Virus record (IMG/VR): IMGVR_UViG_3300048927_000250
Location: 1-64,000 of that record
Strand: one strand, 5' to 3'
Length of the DNA: 64,000 nt
Shown here: positions 43,120 to 55,300 of the stretch, piece after piece
How positions within the stretch are numbered: position 1 is the first letter of the stretch
Layout: each line of letters begins with the position of its first letter
Notes under the pieces: generated by a model
Databases searched by the model: none
What the model was told of the DNA's origin: nothing
What the model saw: the letters and a program-made list of their open reading frames with translations, nothing else
Program-made: the position numbers and the translations under genes

Positions 43120-46100
43120 TTACGCGTTAAACTTCGCCGCCATCTCACGGCCAAGGGCTTCCAGTAAGAGGTTGCCTATACCCATAAGAATTGGTGAGTT
43201 TACAATACGGGCGTTGATGGAGCGGTACGAGAACTGTACGTCCACATCAACCGGTCCCGCCCCCTTAATGACTTCGCCGTCCGTCTGGAAGGTTCCTTCG
43301 ATGGTCCCGGTGATAACCGACTTCAACTGGTTACCGACTACCAGTTTGTCACCATCACCCATCAGCGTTTGACCCGTGATAAAGACACGAATCGCCACCA
43401 TGTTCAGGTCAACCTGCTGACCATCAACACGAGCAGGGGTAGTGATACGACCCGTGGTCGCTGCACCTTTCCCTAACGCCTTCGCCAACCGCGCACGTTG
43501 ACCGTCTGCTTTCGTCGCAATCTTCGAAAGTGACGCTGACATGTCTTCCTTGTCCCCGAAGTAAATCACCTCAATCTTGTCCACGGTACCTTTATACTTG
43601 GCACGTGGCGCTGACCGACTCAGGCGCTTCAGGTTTTCCACCGTTTCATCGTTCAGCGAGGATTGACCCGCCAACGCTTCTTCGATGTAGCAGAGCACGT
43701 CATCAACGTCCAGGACATCACCCACTTTTACTAACTGGTGTGCGTTCTGGTCGAAGTTGAGCAGGATGGTACGGATATGCGAGGTGTTGGCTAACAGTTT
43801 ACCCGACAGGCGACGAGAGATTCGTGAGGAGTCTTCGTAGGTGTCGTTAGTTTCCCACAGGCCAACGTACGCTTGCGCACCGTTCTTCCAGCAGAGGTCC
43901 ATTGGGTTACGCCAGTCACGGGCAAAGAACCCGGTGTTGAACGCAATCCCTGCACCTTCTTTGAACTTCGTCCCCACTTCCAGGTCACAGACCAGGTCGT
44001 GCGGGAAGCACTTACCGGTGACGGTACCAAAACGCCGACCAATCTCGATACGTTCTTCACCCAGTTTCGGGTCGTCATACGTGATAACCACGTACTCGTC
44101 CGTCTTCTCGGTAATCTTACCCGCCGCCTTCGCCGTCTTCGCGAACAGGTCATCCACACGGTGTGCCATGACGCGCTCGTAGCCGGTACGAATCGGGGAG
44201 ATTTCAGTCCCTACCGTAGCAACGGCGTGGTCCTGCTGAATCGAGATAAAGTTTACACGTTTCGGGTCATCGTAGGTGGCGAACGGAGACACCAGTGCCG
44301 ACGTACTCAGCATCCTGGCAGTACCGGTTTCGGCCGCATCTAACCCAACGGTAGTTCCGCGCAGGCTGGTGAGGTTCGGGTTCGCAGACAGGGAGAAGTT
44401 AATCCCCACGTCACCGGAGTCCACTGTGGCTTCCGAACGCGTCCCGACATCGGTTGGGTGGAATGCACGAGTACGGCGAACCATGGAACGCTTAGAGCGC
44501 CCACCGACACCGGAGTACGTTACACTCTCTTTCTCTTTCAGGTTGTGAATCGGGTTCGACTCTTCAACCAGAGAAACCGACGGGTCCTGCTGAATGCTCA
44601 TCAACACGTCAAACGGGTTCACGTCGACTGCGGCTTTACCGCGGTTCGGGTGAGACGCATACTGACGAACCGACTTACAGATGCTGCGATACACGGCACC
44701 GTTCATGCGTTCGTAACCTTTATACAAGGCGTAGTCCGCAGACTGGTCATCCGGGTACTCATCGGTCACGAGATAATGGGCGGCTTTAATCAGCAGCGGG
44801 ACGAAGTTGTCCGGTTCCTTCATCTGGCGTAACACGTCAGCACTAATCGGGTCGATGAACAGTTTATCCAACAGGTCAATCTCACGAAGATGACGCGCAT
44901 TCAAACCGTATTCATTGAACAGCGGGAAGAACGAATCGCGCGAGTCGAAGTCGCTCATTGGCATGGAACGAAGTCCACGACGCCATGCGCTTAATGACCC
45001 CCACACCAGAGAACGGGTTGTACCGTTCTTCGGGAACACCCAGATTTCGTCTTCGAAGGCAATCTCGAATTCTTTATCGGTGGTGTCACGTTTGGTTCCC
45101 TTCACTCGACGACGGTCAGGTCCACCAATCATTTCGGTCAGACCTTTAATCCCAACCAAATACGTCAGCACCGCAGCCAATGGAACTTCTTCGCCTAACA
45201 CGGTCACCGTAGCAATCTCGGTCGGTTCCTTCGCAGGGTCCATCCCCACGAATTCCGCGAACGACCCAATGGTCTTCATCTCTGGGCTGAGACCGTTGTA
45301 CAGATAACCGTTGTGGTCCATGTACAACACGCCGTTCCCTTTCAATGCTTTCGCCACAGGCACGTAATCGCTACTCTTTGGCGTGGCACCAAAGTTGTTC
45401 ATGATGTTCGGGTAGTCGAAGAAGAACTGATACCCCTTCGTCTGGAACTCCACGAACTCCATGGCCACTGCCGAGTACGTACGCGGCACCGGTTGTTGCG
45501 GCGCATAGCTCTTACCGTACACCACTTTCTCAATCGTTGCCGACTCAGAGAGGATGTTGGCACGCATCCCGTCAGTTAACCACGTCCCGTAGTTATCCAC
45601 CTTCTTCCCACTGCGCATGACCATCAGTTTGTTCGGGTAGTAGGTCGAGAGGGACACCTGGTTATCCGCAATCTTACGGATAGGTTTGTCAGTACGCAGC
45701 TTACGCATGTAGTACTTAACGCCACCCACCATGTATTTCCCGCTTTCCTGAATCACAGGGAGCTGGAACTTCACAGGCGTTGAAATACCAGAGACCGGGT
45801 TGAACTTCAGGACGTAGCTGTTCAGGTCGTTCAGGGCGTCGGTATTACGTTCGACATCATACTGCGTAATCGCGAAGCCTGCCTTCTGGAAGTGCATCAC
45901 CATACGCGCGGTGTCTTTGTGGAACACCTCTTTGATGTAGACCGGGTCGTAATCCATCAGGGTGGACTCGAGCATCGACTTATCCGGGACGTGTTCGTTG
46001 TCCGGAATCTTCCTTGGTTTGAAGTCCCACAGCTTACCGTGCGGAATGTCCATGAACTCGGCCAGCGTCTTGCTGGTCCCGTCATCGAACGGTGCAGGAA

Positions 46101-47634
46101 GCTCCTTGTAACGCTCAGCCATCTTCAGGAAGCGACGACGTTCTGCCACGGACAACACGCCCTGTGAGAGCAGCTCTTGCGTCTGGGCATCAATCCCGGC
46201 AACCAGTGGGTCGGTGTTGTTCACCATCACTGGTACCTGAACGTCTTCCTCTACTTCTACCGGAATACTCACCGAGTGTGGTTGTTTCACCGGCTCGTTG
46301 GTTTTACCCAACACCGATTTCACCGTCAGCTTTTTCCCTGCACCCGCAGCACCCAACGTCTGCCCTGGATTCACCGTGGGCGCAATACCGGTCGTAGGGT
46401 CACTGGAGACTTCGGCTTGCACCGTGTTCTCTCCGCTGTCACCCGTCACGGCTAACGCCACCGGTTCGTCCTCGGTGTTATCAGGAATACTTTCCAGTAC
46501 ACGCGCAGGGTCAGCAACGGAACGCAGTGCAGTCATGGAAGAGAGGTAAACTGAGAAGTTCTTGGACAGTGCACTGAAGCCCAACCCTTGTTTCCCTTGC
46601 TCTTTGTCTTCCCGGAACCCGTTCATGCGCCCCAGGTTCAACACGGAGAACTTACCGGACTCGGTGAACACCAAGTTCACTTTATCCAGATGCTCTTCCG
46701 GGATTAACCCCATCAGGGAATCAGCGCGGTTATCCGAAAGCCATTTCCACATGTCCGCAATCAACAGCTGGGTGTCATTCTCAAACAACCCGAGCGTCAT
46801 GCGCGACATCTCTTCCACCGAGACACCCGATTCCATTGCAATCGAGTCACCCACGTTGAAGTGGAGTTCCATGTCGGTATCGAGAGGCGTTTCGTCGAAG
46901 CTTTCCAGGCCCGTGTCATCGTCCGCGTAAAGGTCAGGGTGCGCCGCACGGAACATATCGCCCCATGTATCGAACTCTTGCTCTTCACGGTTCTGGCGGT
47001 GGTCCTGGAGCGTATCCTGAAGGCTGTGTGACAATGGAGCAAAGATTTGCGCCAGTGACATGGATTCGATAGCCCGATTCAGGTGCATACGCAGCGGAAT
47101 CTTCTCCGGCAGACGAACAATGATAAAGTGGTTACGGTCTGATTCCCCGACCACCTTCGCAATGTTCCCGTACACCGAACGCATCATGTTCTTAAAACGG
47201 TACAGGCGCGTTAACGGCAGCGGTGCGTACTTATACTGCAACGGAGCCAGACCGTAGTTGAACATAATCGGAACCTTCCGGTCCTGAAGCACACGTTCCC
47301 AGTTATCCACCCGGCGGAATTCCGGGTGCTTACGCAGGTAGGTGCGAATCAGGTTGGTCAGGTTCACCGAACCAATGCGACGGACGTTCCCTTCCAGACT
47401 GTTCAACTCACCTAACGTATCCACCGAGAGCAGATACGGTTTCTTGTTCGACAGGCGAACAGGGAAGAAGTTGATATCCGGACCAAAGTCGGCCATCGAC
47501 TGGGGGATATAATGGTAGACTGCGTTTTTAGGCGCAGCCCAGTTCTCAAGGTCGAACAGGCGGGGCATCCCAAGGTTGCCCACCGCCTTCACCCCGAACC
47601 GACGATAGAAGTCGGTGATTTCGAGTTCGGTCAT
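43120..47634 (-). CDS. Virion RNA polymerase beta-like subunit (phiKZ gp178-like)
   Basis: 1504 aa; beta-type motifs (GGRS..R..HP.D.G, GDKL..GNQ.K.VI); adjacent to the beta'-like gene. Confidence 0.9.
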   Translation of the reverse strand: MTELEITDFYRRFGVKAVGNLGMPRLFDLENWAAPKNAVYHYIPQSMADFGPDINFFPVRLSNKKPYLLSVDTLGELNSLEGNVRRIGSVNLTNLIRTYLRKHPEFRRVDNWERVLQDRKVPIMFNYGLAPLQYKYAPLPLTRLYRFKNMMRSVYGNIAKVVGESDRNHFIIVRLPEKIPLRMHLNRAIESMSLAQIFAPLSHSLQDTLQDHRQNREEQEFDTWGDMFRAAHPDLYADDDTGLESFDETPLDTDMELHFNVGDSIAMESGVSVEEMSRMTLGLFENDTQLLIADMWKWLSDNRADSLMGLIPEEHLDKVNLVFTESGKFSVLNLGRMNGFREDKEQGKQGLGFSALSKNFSVYLSSMTALRSVADPARVLESIPDNTEDEPVALAVTGDSGENTVQAEVSSDPTTGIAPTVNPGQTLGAAGAGKKLTVKSVLGKTNEPVKQPHSVSIPVEVEEDVQVPVMVNNTDPLVAGIDAQTQELLSQGVLSVAERRRFLKMAERYKELPAPFDDGTSKTLAEFMDIPHGKLWDFKPRKIPDNEHVPDKSMLESTLMDYDPVYIKEVFHKDTARMVMHFQKAGFAITQYDVERNTDALNDLNSYVLKFNPVSGISTPVKFQLPVIQESGKYMVGGVKYYMRKLRTDKPIRKIADNQVSLSTYYPNKLMVMRSGKKVDNYGTWLTDGMRANILSESATIEKVVYGKSYAPQQPVPRTYSAVAMEFVEFQTKGYQFFFDYPNIMNNFGATPKSSDYVPVAKALKGNGVLYMDHNGYLYNGLSPEMKTIGSFAEFVGMDPAKEPTEIATVTVLGEEVPLAAVLTYLVGIKGLTEMIGGPDRRRVKGTKRDTTDKEFEIAFEDEIWVFPKNGTTRSLVWGSLSAWRRGLRSMPMSDFDSRDSFFPLFNEYGLNARHLREIDLLDKLFIDPISADVLRQMKEPDNFVPLLIKAAHYLVTDEYPDDQSADYALYKGYERMNGAVYRSICKSVRQYASHPNRGKAAVDVNPFDVLMSIQQDPSVSLVEESNPIHNLKEKESVTYSGVGGRSKRSMVRRTRAFHPTDVGTRSEATVDSGDVGINFSLSANPNLTSLRGTTVGLDAAETGTARMLSTSALVSPFATYDDPKRVNFISIQQDHAVATVGTEISPIRTGYERVMAHRVDDLFAKTAKAAGKITEKTDEYVVITYDDPKLGEERIEIGRRFGTVTGKCFPHDLVCDLEVGTKFKEGAGIAFNTGFFARDWRNPMDLCWKNGAQAYVGLWETNDTYEDSSRISRRLSGKLLANTSHIRTILLNFDQNAHQLVKVGDVLDVDDVLCYIEEALAGQSSLNDETVENLKRLSRSAPRAKYKGTVDKIEVIYFGDKEDMSASLSKIATKADGQRARLAKALGKGAATTGRITTPARVDGQQVDLNMVAIRVFITGQTLMGDGDKLVVGNQLKSVITGTIEGTFQTDGEVIKGAGPVDVDVQFSYRSINARIVNSPILMGIGNLLLEALGREMAAKFNA

Positions 47635-47641
47635 TGTCCGA

Positions 47642-49270
47642 TTATCCTGTAATGTTGCTCAGCAAGAGTTCCACGTTGTCTACCACCGCTGTACGCTTGA
47701 GGCGACCATCGACGTGCACGAACCACTCTTTCTGACGGCGCAGTTTGGCAAACTCTTGGTTCGCTTCACGGCTGTAAGTGGCAGTCCAGGTCATACGGTC
47801 ACCATCGTGGTCGGCCGTTAACCCTTTCAGGTTGGCCAGATGCGGTGACAGGGTTTCAATGAACGTGGCATCAATAGACTGGTCCGGGAACGCCGTTGCT
47901 ACGAAGTCATCGCCCATTCGTTTCCAGTCATCGCCCAATTCAGGAATCATGGTCGAAGTGGTCGTGGTGAGCAAACGCATGTAGGCAACCAGCGTCGAGC
48001 CGTCCCCTGCTACTGGGTAACGTGTTGAAATTCCGGAGAACTCATGCCAGTGACGGTACCCACTAAGATAGATGAGGGTCGTCAAATTTAACGGATAGAC
48101 TTTCGCTTTGTCGAAGCCGTCAGGGAGTTCGTTGATGTCGGAGAACACCTTGAACCCTTGTGGGCCTACGTAGACCAGCCCGAGGTAATAGCCGTCGATA
48201 CGAATGGGACGTTGGCGGTATTCCTTCTTCGCCAGTTTATTGACCAGCGACTCCAGGCCTTCGCGAGTTGAGTATTTCTCGAAGTCTTCCACCGAGACCG
48301 AGACCCGTTCCGCGTTCAGGGTCTTGGCGTTAGTCAGGAACACGTCCGACCCCGCCTCCCCGCCGAACTTCTTCCCGAGCCAACCCGTACGCAGGTAGTA
48401 GATGGTTTGCGGCAGGACAGACTTCACTCCCTGGAACAACCCCATCTGAATGTCATCAATCCCCGGGGCGTCTTTTGCTCCTAACCGACTGGTGGTAACA
48501 ATCATCGGGGAGATAACGTTCGCCGTCCCGTTACGAACCTTACGTGATGCCCACTTCCCGAGCGCCATCCCGCCTTTCCCGTCGATAAAGTTGATAACCA
48601 TATCGTAGAGTTGGCTAAAAGCGTTCTGTAAGGCCATACGCGGCACGTTCAGTACCGGGTCGTTCTTACTGGTTTCGGTAATGCTGATACTGTTGGAGGT
48701 GGCAATCATGCTGCGATAGAAGCTGTTGATTTCATCCTCACTGGTCCGCCCGGTACCCGGGTCAACCTGGATGTCACGTAAACCGGCAGGCATCACCAGG
48801 ACGTGTTTCGTCGTGGCGTTCTCACGGTTCTTGTCAATCAGCTGGATACGCATGTTACGTATAGACGAGTCACCCGGGGTAAAGACCAGTTCCGGGAAGT
48901 ACTTCATGAAGAAAGCAAACCCGGTGTCACCCTCGATAGGGTCAGACGGCACAAAGTCTTTCGCTTCTGCGTTCCACACTGCGTAACGTTTACCGGAAAT
49001 GACGTCCAGGTACAAACGCTTCAGGGTACCCAGGCGTTTGAGAATCAGTGGGTGGAAGATTGAGGTGTGCAGCTCGATGTAACTGAAACGTTTATCGCGT
49101 TCCTTGCTGCCGAGGGGACCAAACGTTTCCACGCTGAACAACCCGTCCTTATTAAGGTTGTTTGTCCCGGTCTCAAAGATTTCCCCGGTCGTCGTCGGTC
49201 GCATCGACCTTAGCAGCTCTGGGGTAACGCGGAGCAGCCAGACGTTGAAGGGTACGGTATTAAGACGCAT
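47642..49270 (-). CDS. Virion RNA polymerase beta'-like subunit with catalytic motif (phiKZ gp180-like)
   Basis: GLFS..FG......F.YI.L, V.PAGLR, N..Y, ADHDGD (NADFDGD equivalent). Confidence 0.9.
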   Translation of the reverse strand: MRLNTVPFNVWLLRVTPELLRSMRPTTTGEIFETGTNNLNKDGLFSVETFGPLGSKERDKRFSYIELHTSIFHPLILKRLGTLKRLYLDVISGKRYAVWNAEAKDFVPSDPIEGDTGFAFFMKYFPELVFTPGDSSIRNMRIQLIDKNRENATTKHVLVMPAGLRDIQVDPGTGRTSEDEINSFYRSMIATSNSISITETSKNDPVLNVPRMALQNAFSQLYDMVINFIDGKGGMALGKWASRKVRNGTANVISPMIVTTSRLGAKDAPGIDDIQMGLFQGVKSVLPQTIYYLRTGWLGKKFGGEAGSDVFLTNAKTLNAERVSVSVEDFEKYSTREGLESLVNKLAKKEYRQRPIRIDGYYLGLVYVGPQGFKVFSDINELPDGFDKAKVYPLNLTTLIYLSGYRHWHEFSGISTRYPVAGDGSTLVAYMRLLTTTTSTMIPELGDDWKRMGDDFVATAFPDQSIDATFIETLSPHLANLKGLTADHDGDRMTWTATYSREANQEFAKLRRQKEWFVHVDGRLKRTAVVDNVELLLSNITG

Positions 49271-49311
49271 CTTATGGAGTCCCCATGTGAGTTCAGTTGA
49301 GGGAAAGTTTT

Positions 49312-52300
49312 ATGGCTGGTAAAAAACAAAAGGTCGATATCGACGACTACGGTATGGATTTCGACTTTGATGATGATTGGGATGACGGTGAAACAACGTT
49401 CAACCCATCCGGAAGTAGTAGTAACGGTAGCCGTAACCCCGTACTGAATTCCGGTAAAACTGTATTGAAGTCAATGGGGGAAACCGCACTGACTCCGGCA
49501 TTTGTGCGCGACACCCTTAAGGTGGCACTGCCGAAAGAGTTCTCGACCACGCTCGATAACTTAGACCGCTACTCTGGCGATTTCCGCAAGATGCAGCAGG
49601 ACATCAGTACGGAACTGCGCCCAACGCTTAACTCGTTTAAGCAGATGACCCGCACAGTTAACCGTCTGATTCCTAACCCGTTCCAGGACAAGATTGAGAA
49701 GCTGCTGGCTAACAAGGACACCGGGCCCGATTTAGGGAAAGTGGACCTGGAGCAAGCAGCTGTCGATTCACAGCTGGGTGAAGTCTTTGCTCAGCAGCAG
49801 CAACAGGACCGTAATCAGGAGCGGGCGGAGAAAGTCATCGACCGCATGTCGCAAGAAGACTTCCGGTCAAAAATCTTCGATGCGGTCAGTGCAATCCGTA
49901 ACGCCACGGTGCAGAGTAACAGCTACCAGATGTCGGTCCAGCGTGCTTACCAACGCAAGTCACTGGAAATCCGAATCCGTCAACTGGTCGCCACTCGCGG
50001 TATCCTTGACGTTACCCGCAAGAGCGCCGAGGAAAGTTCCCAGCTCTTACGTGATATCGTGAAGAACACCGGTCTCCCAGAGTTTGCCAAAGAAGAAGCG
50101 TCGGAACACTTCCACCGCTTAGCGCGCCAGCGTCTCTTTGGTGCTGCTCAGGAGAACATCGGCGAGTTCATGCGTAACTACATGAGCAAGGTCGGTAAAG
50201 GCTACGCTGACATGGCCAAGGAGAAGATGCAGCAGTTCCGCGGCTTCTTCGACAGCGGTCGTCAGATGGCTGACGATATTGAGATGCAGGCGCAGCAAAT
50301 GCGTGACATGGGGATGGACCCCAAAGAGATGGCCCTGGAACTGTTCGGGCAGTCTCTCATGCAACGCGTGGGTACCAGAGCAGGGGCCTGGGTTGGTAAA
50401 CGTTTACCTTACCGTCAGGGTGCCTCTAACCTCTTTGGTTACGCGAACGAGTTTGCAACGAACTTGCCTGCGAACATGCGGAACCTCGCCCGTAAGCAAC
50501 AGTACGGTGGTTTCCTGCACAGCGCACTCAAACCGTTCGACCAGTCGTATAACGACGGGGGTGTGGTCCGTACCGGTGGTCTATCCGGTTTGACCGGTAA
50601 CAATGACATGGAGATGCGTAAAGTCCGTGCCCTGGAAGAAATCATTCCTGGGTACCTCTCCCGCATCCTACATAGCATTGACATCATGCGAACGGGCAAT
50701 GAGAACTTGCCGCGCACGGTGTACAGCGGTCAGAAGGGCGCTTTCGTCCAATTCGATGAAGCGGTGAAACTGGTGCGAAAATCTGCACTGAATGACACCG
50801 ACATCGAAGACCAGCAAGGGTACGTCAAACAGCTCGTTGACCAGATTGACCCGACCGGGAAGTTGCGGGGTAAAGACCGCGATGTACTGGAACGTCACCT
50901 GATGAAAGAGATGCACGGCGTTAACCGTTGGGACCCGGAAGCAATTGCTAATAAAGGTGTCGATGGTGTAACAGGCCGTGGGAACCGTTTGTTGTCTATC
51001 CTGATGAAAGACCGCTACGGTCTCCAGCACGATGCAGCAACTGGGAAGTACTCCGCCCACCTGTGGAAATCCCGTAACGACTTGCGCGACCAAGACTCCC
51101 AAATCTTCAAGCGGGGGCAGGACCGGGTTAAAGCGTTACGTCCTTCTATTACCGGGATTACTAACTCGGGTGACATGGAAGCGGCGATTGCTGAAGGTCT
51201 GGTTATCTGGGACGGTTCCAACTGGGTCATGAACACCAAGTATTACGACGAGCGTTCTGCTGACCTGTTAGCGAACAAACGCCAACGAGTACGCATCGAC
51301 CCCCATAACCCCGCAGCGGGGGCGAATGGGTTCTCCTCCGGTCTGGGTGGTGGCCCTACTCCACCGCCGCCTGCTGCCGGTGGGTTCGGTGGGATGTTCG
51401 ACCGCTTTAAGGGACACGAGGAAAAAGAAGGGAACATCAGTAACCGAAATGGTCGCGGTATCATTAAAGCGATTCGTGACCAGACCGATGAACTGATGAC
51501 CTTCCTCGAACCGAAAGGGCACACTGACCACGAGATGTACCAGCACATGATTGATGCCATTGATGAAGTGGCGGAAATCCTCGAGCAGGGTGTCACCTTG
51601 AACGGAACCGGGGGTGCTTCAACAGGGGGTGCCGGTGAACGGAAGAAGTCCCTGATTCGTCGGGCGCTCTCTCGTGCACGTAAAGGCGGAACCTGGGCTG
51701 GGAAGAAAATCTGGGACATCAGCGGGTACCCGATGCGGGCACTGAACTGGGCCAGGAAGAAGATACCGGGTCGGAAGATGTTCAACTGGGGCAGTGAGAA
51801 GCTGAAGAACTTCGGTTCCAAGGTAGATGCACTGCGCAGCGATGTTTACGTCATGGGCGTCAATGGGTTCCGTCGGGCGCTGGATATGGCCGGGTTCGCA
51901 GAAGGTCGTTACCGTGACATGAAGACCGGGAAACCGATTTTCAACATCAAGGATATCACCGGAGCGGTGTACGACACCATCTTAGGGAAACAGGTCCTGA
52001 GTGAAGAAGAGTTCCAGGGTGGGCTGCTGAACTCGCTGGGCAAGAAAATCAAAGACGGTGTCATCGGTCGAGTGAAGAACGCGGGTAGTCGCGTCATGGG
52101 TTGGGTAACGAACCCGGTGACCAGCATGTGGGCGAACATCAAGAAGGGGATGCAGGGGGCGAAAGAGTTCCTGATGGCTCCTCCGGATATCTACGTGTTG
52201 GGTGAAACCACCCCTCGTTGTAAAGGTGATTTGTTCTACCGTGGCTTCTACTATTCCGGTGTAACCGGGAAACCGTTGAAGACCCTCGGGGACATTGATG

Positions 52301-55300
52301 GCGATATCATCACTTTCGACAACATCTCGGGCGAACGTAAGGTGGTCATCTCCAAAGATGAAATCGAACGGGGCCTGTACGACTCACGTGGCAACAAACT
52401 GACTTCGCTCTTGACCAAGTTCAAGAATGCAGCCGGTTGGGCGCGTGATAAAGTCAAAGGGTTGTGGAACGCACCGAAGCGTCTGCTGGATTGGGCGAAG
52501 AACGGCATCAAGGGTATCGGTACCGGGCTGGGTAAATTGCTGGGCGGAACGAAACCGGAGATTGGTCAGACCTACTGGCTGAAGCGCATCTTCCACCTCC
52601 TCTACAACAAGTTCTCAGGGAAGCCGTTAGGTGAAGGCCTGAGTGAGGCGTTGAAGGAAACCGGGAACAAGGTGGGTGAAGCGGCGTCCCGACTGAAAGA
52701 CGAAGCCGTGGCCAAAGGACGGAAATGGTGGAAGTTCGGTCGGAGCAAGTACGACGAGGCCAAAGGGTCGGTTGCTGCGCAGAAAGCCGCAGAGTACCGT
52801 GACCAGTTGAAGGAGCGTTCGGGTTCCTGGCTCAACCGTCAAATCGAAGCAGGAAAGAATAAGTACCACGCTTACCAGGCAGGGAAACCCCTGGGCGATA
52901 AGAAAGAAGGTATCTTCGGGTTACTGAAGAATGGCTTCGGACTCATCGGTGGCGTGCTGATGGGAATCAAGCAGGGCTTCGGGACCTTTGCCGGGAAACT
53001 CTTTGGGTGGTTACCAAAACTCCTGATGGCAAAACGTGGTGCTGACCTGGCAGGTGACATTGCGGATGTGGCCTCTGGTGCAGGCGGACGTGGTCGTGGC
53101 GGTTTGTTACGTCGTGGTGCACGTGCGTTAGGTAAAGGGGCATGGTGGGCTGCGAAAGGCTTGACGGTTGGCGGTGGCGGGATGTTACTGCGCGGTGGGA
53201 TGGCACTCGCTTCCATGGCGGGTGGTCTGCTGTCTGCGCCGGTTGTCCTGGGCCTGGCTGTTGCGGGGGGTGCTGCTTACCTTATCTACAAAGGGTGGAA
53301 GGCCTACTCTGAACGTCTCGACCTGATGCAGCGTATGCGTCTGGCACAGTACGGTGCAGACCTGGGGAACAAAGAGCAGTGCGGTAAAATCCTCGCCTTC
53401 GAGGAAACAGTACTCTCCAAGTATACCCGGACTGACGGTAACGGTGGTGTAACATTGCAACCAATGCCGTTTGGTGAATTGATGCAGGCCTTCGGGGTTA
53501 ACCCGTCTGCACGCTTCACCGTTCACAACTGGGCCAACTGGTTTGACCGTCGCTTTAAACCGGTCTTCATCAAGAACGTGTCGGAACTGTACAAAGTGAG
53601 CCCGAAAGGAAACCTCGCGAAGTCAGGGAGCTACGACAACGGCTTGAAACCACAACTGGCGAAGGCCACGAAGATTGAGGCACCGGCGAGTCAATCGCCG
53701 TACTACGTGCAGCAGTCGCCGTTCCCGAACCAGACCAGTCGTACAGGTACCGCCATGGTTGATGCAACTATCGCGGCAGTGGTCGAAGAATACGGTAAGG
53801 ACGAGAAGACCTACCGTGGTCGTCAGGAAGTGCAGGAGCAGCAGAAAGGGAAAGTGGCAGTCGATGCCAACGGGAACTATCTGGCTGCAACGACCGTTGA
53901 CCCGGATGCGAAAGTCATCAAAGGACAGAAGCTCACTTACCAGGCCGGACCAAACAACCGTATCCTGGACCAAATGGGTGGGTTGGGTGACCGTTCGACC
54001 ATGGCACGCATTACTGGTGACCAAGCGACGGACGATGCGTTGTTGAAGAACAACCGCATTGATGACCTGACCTCTATCCGACTCAAGGTGTACGGCTTAA
54101 CCAGCCTCGACCGTATTTACGTCGATACCCTGATGCAGTTCGAACGGGACATGTATCAGAACGTCACTGTCGCTAATAACGGCGTGGCGTCTTTCAACGG
54201 CAATGCGGACGACGTGTACAACAAGTACTGTGCGAAGTTCAGTTTGGGCTTTGGTGATACCGATGCTCGTATTACGTGGACGACGTGGTTCCAGAACCGC
54301 TTCCTCCCGGCGTTCCTGAACTTTGTGGCGCAGACCAAGAAGATTAACCCGAACCAGGACGTCTTCACCGCGTGGCAGTCGTACAAAGCGGCTGACCTGC
54401 TGAAGATTGCCAACTTCGTTTCCGATGCCCGTGCAACGGTTAACGGCCAACGCATTAGCGTGTGGGCAGTTAAGGTGTCTCCATTCCCTGGAGAAACCGC
54501 AGGAACGGACGGAACGGTTATCCAGAAGAACCTGGAAGTCTTCAAGCAAGCGCAAGAGAAAGAACAGTACCAAGAGTCGGAAGCCGCAGCACGAGCTATT
54601 CGTGAGAAGTACACGGGCGTAAAAGTCAATGCACTCTCCGATAAAGGTCGTGTTGAGCTAACCAGTCGGGTGAACAACCTGATGGCGGACATGGCGAAAG
54701 CCACAGGGAACACATCAGGGTACCAAGGGATTCCGACTGGGGGTGCGTACGGTACCTCGTTTGAGTCCGCAGGGACCGGCGGGATGTACGGGTCCGGTAA
54801 TGTGCCGAAGGTGAAACTCTCGGGTTCAGCCAAACAGCACGCGGACACGGCAATGAAGTTTGCACAGGCGAACGGGATTGCCGGAGAAGAGTTGGCGTTG
54901 TTCATGGGAACGCTCGCACACGAGTCCGGTAACTTCTCTGCAACACTGGAGAAAGGGTCGGGCGCGAGGTACGAGAACAACAAGAACCTCGGGAACACTC
55001 AACCTGGCGACGGGGAGCGGTTTAAAGGTCGTGGTTGGATTCAGTTGACCGGGCGTAACAACTACGCACACTACGGGAAACTGACCGGTCTCGACTTGTT
55101 GAATCACCCTGAGCTGGCAGAGATTCCAGAGAACGCCAACAAACTGGCAGTGGCCTACTGGCAAGACCGAGTCATTCCGATGATTCGACAGAAGCGTGCG
55201 AAGTTCGATGTTCTGAGCGTAGCACGTGCGGTGAACGGTTGGTTTGAAGACCGGATGCCGAACGGAATGGATGACCGTATTCTGAAGACTAACCAGTGGC

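Noticed and set aside
43120-49270. Introns, inteins or homing endonucleases in the vRNAP genes (as in phiKZ)
   Set aside because: Both ORFs are continuous and only 7 nt apart; no HNH/GIY-YIG ORF or splicing motifs seen.
54156-54998. 280-aa antisense ORF (and similar ones) within the tape measure
   Set aside because: Antisense shadow of a well-supported essential gene.
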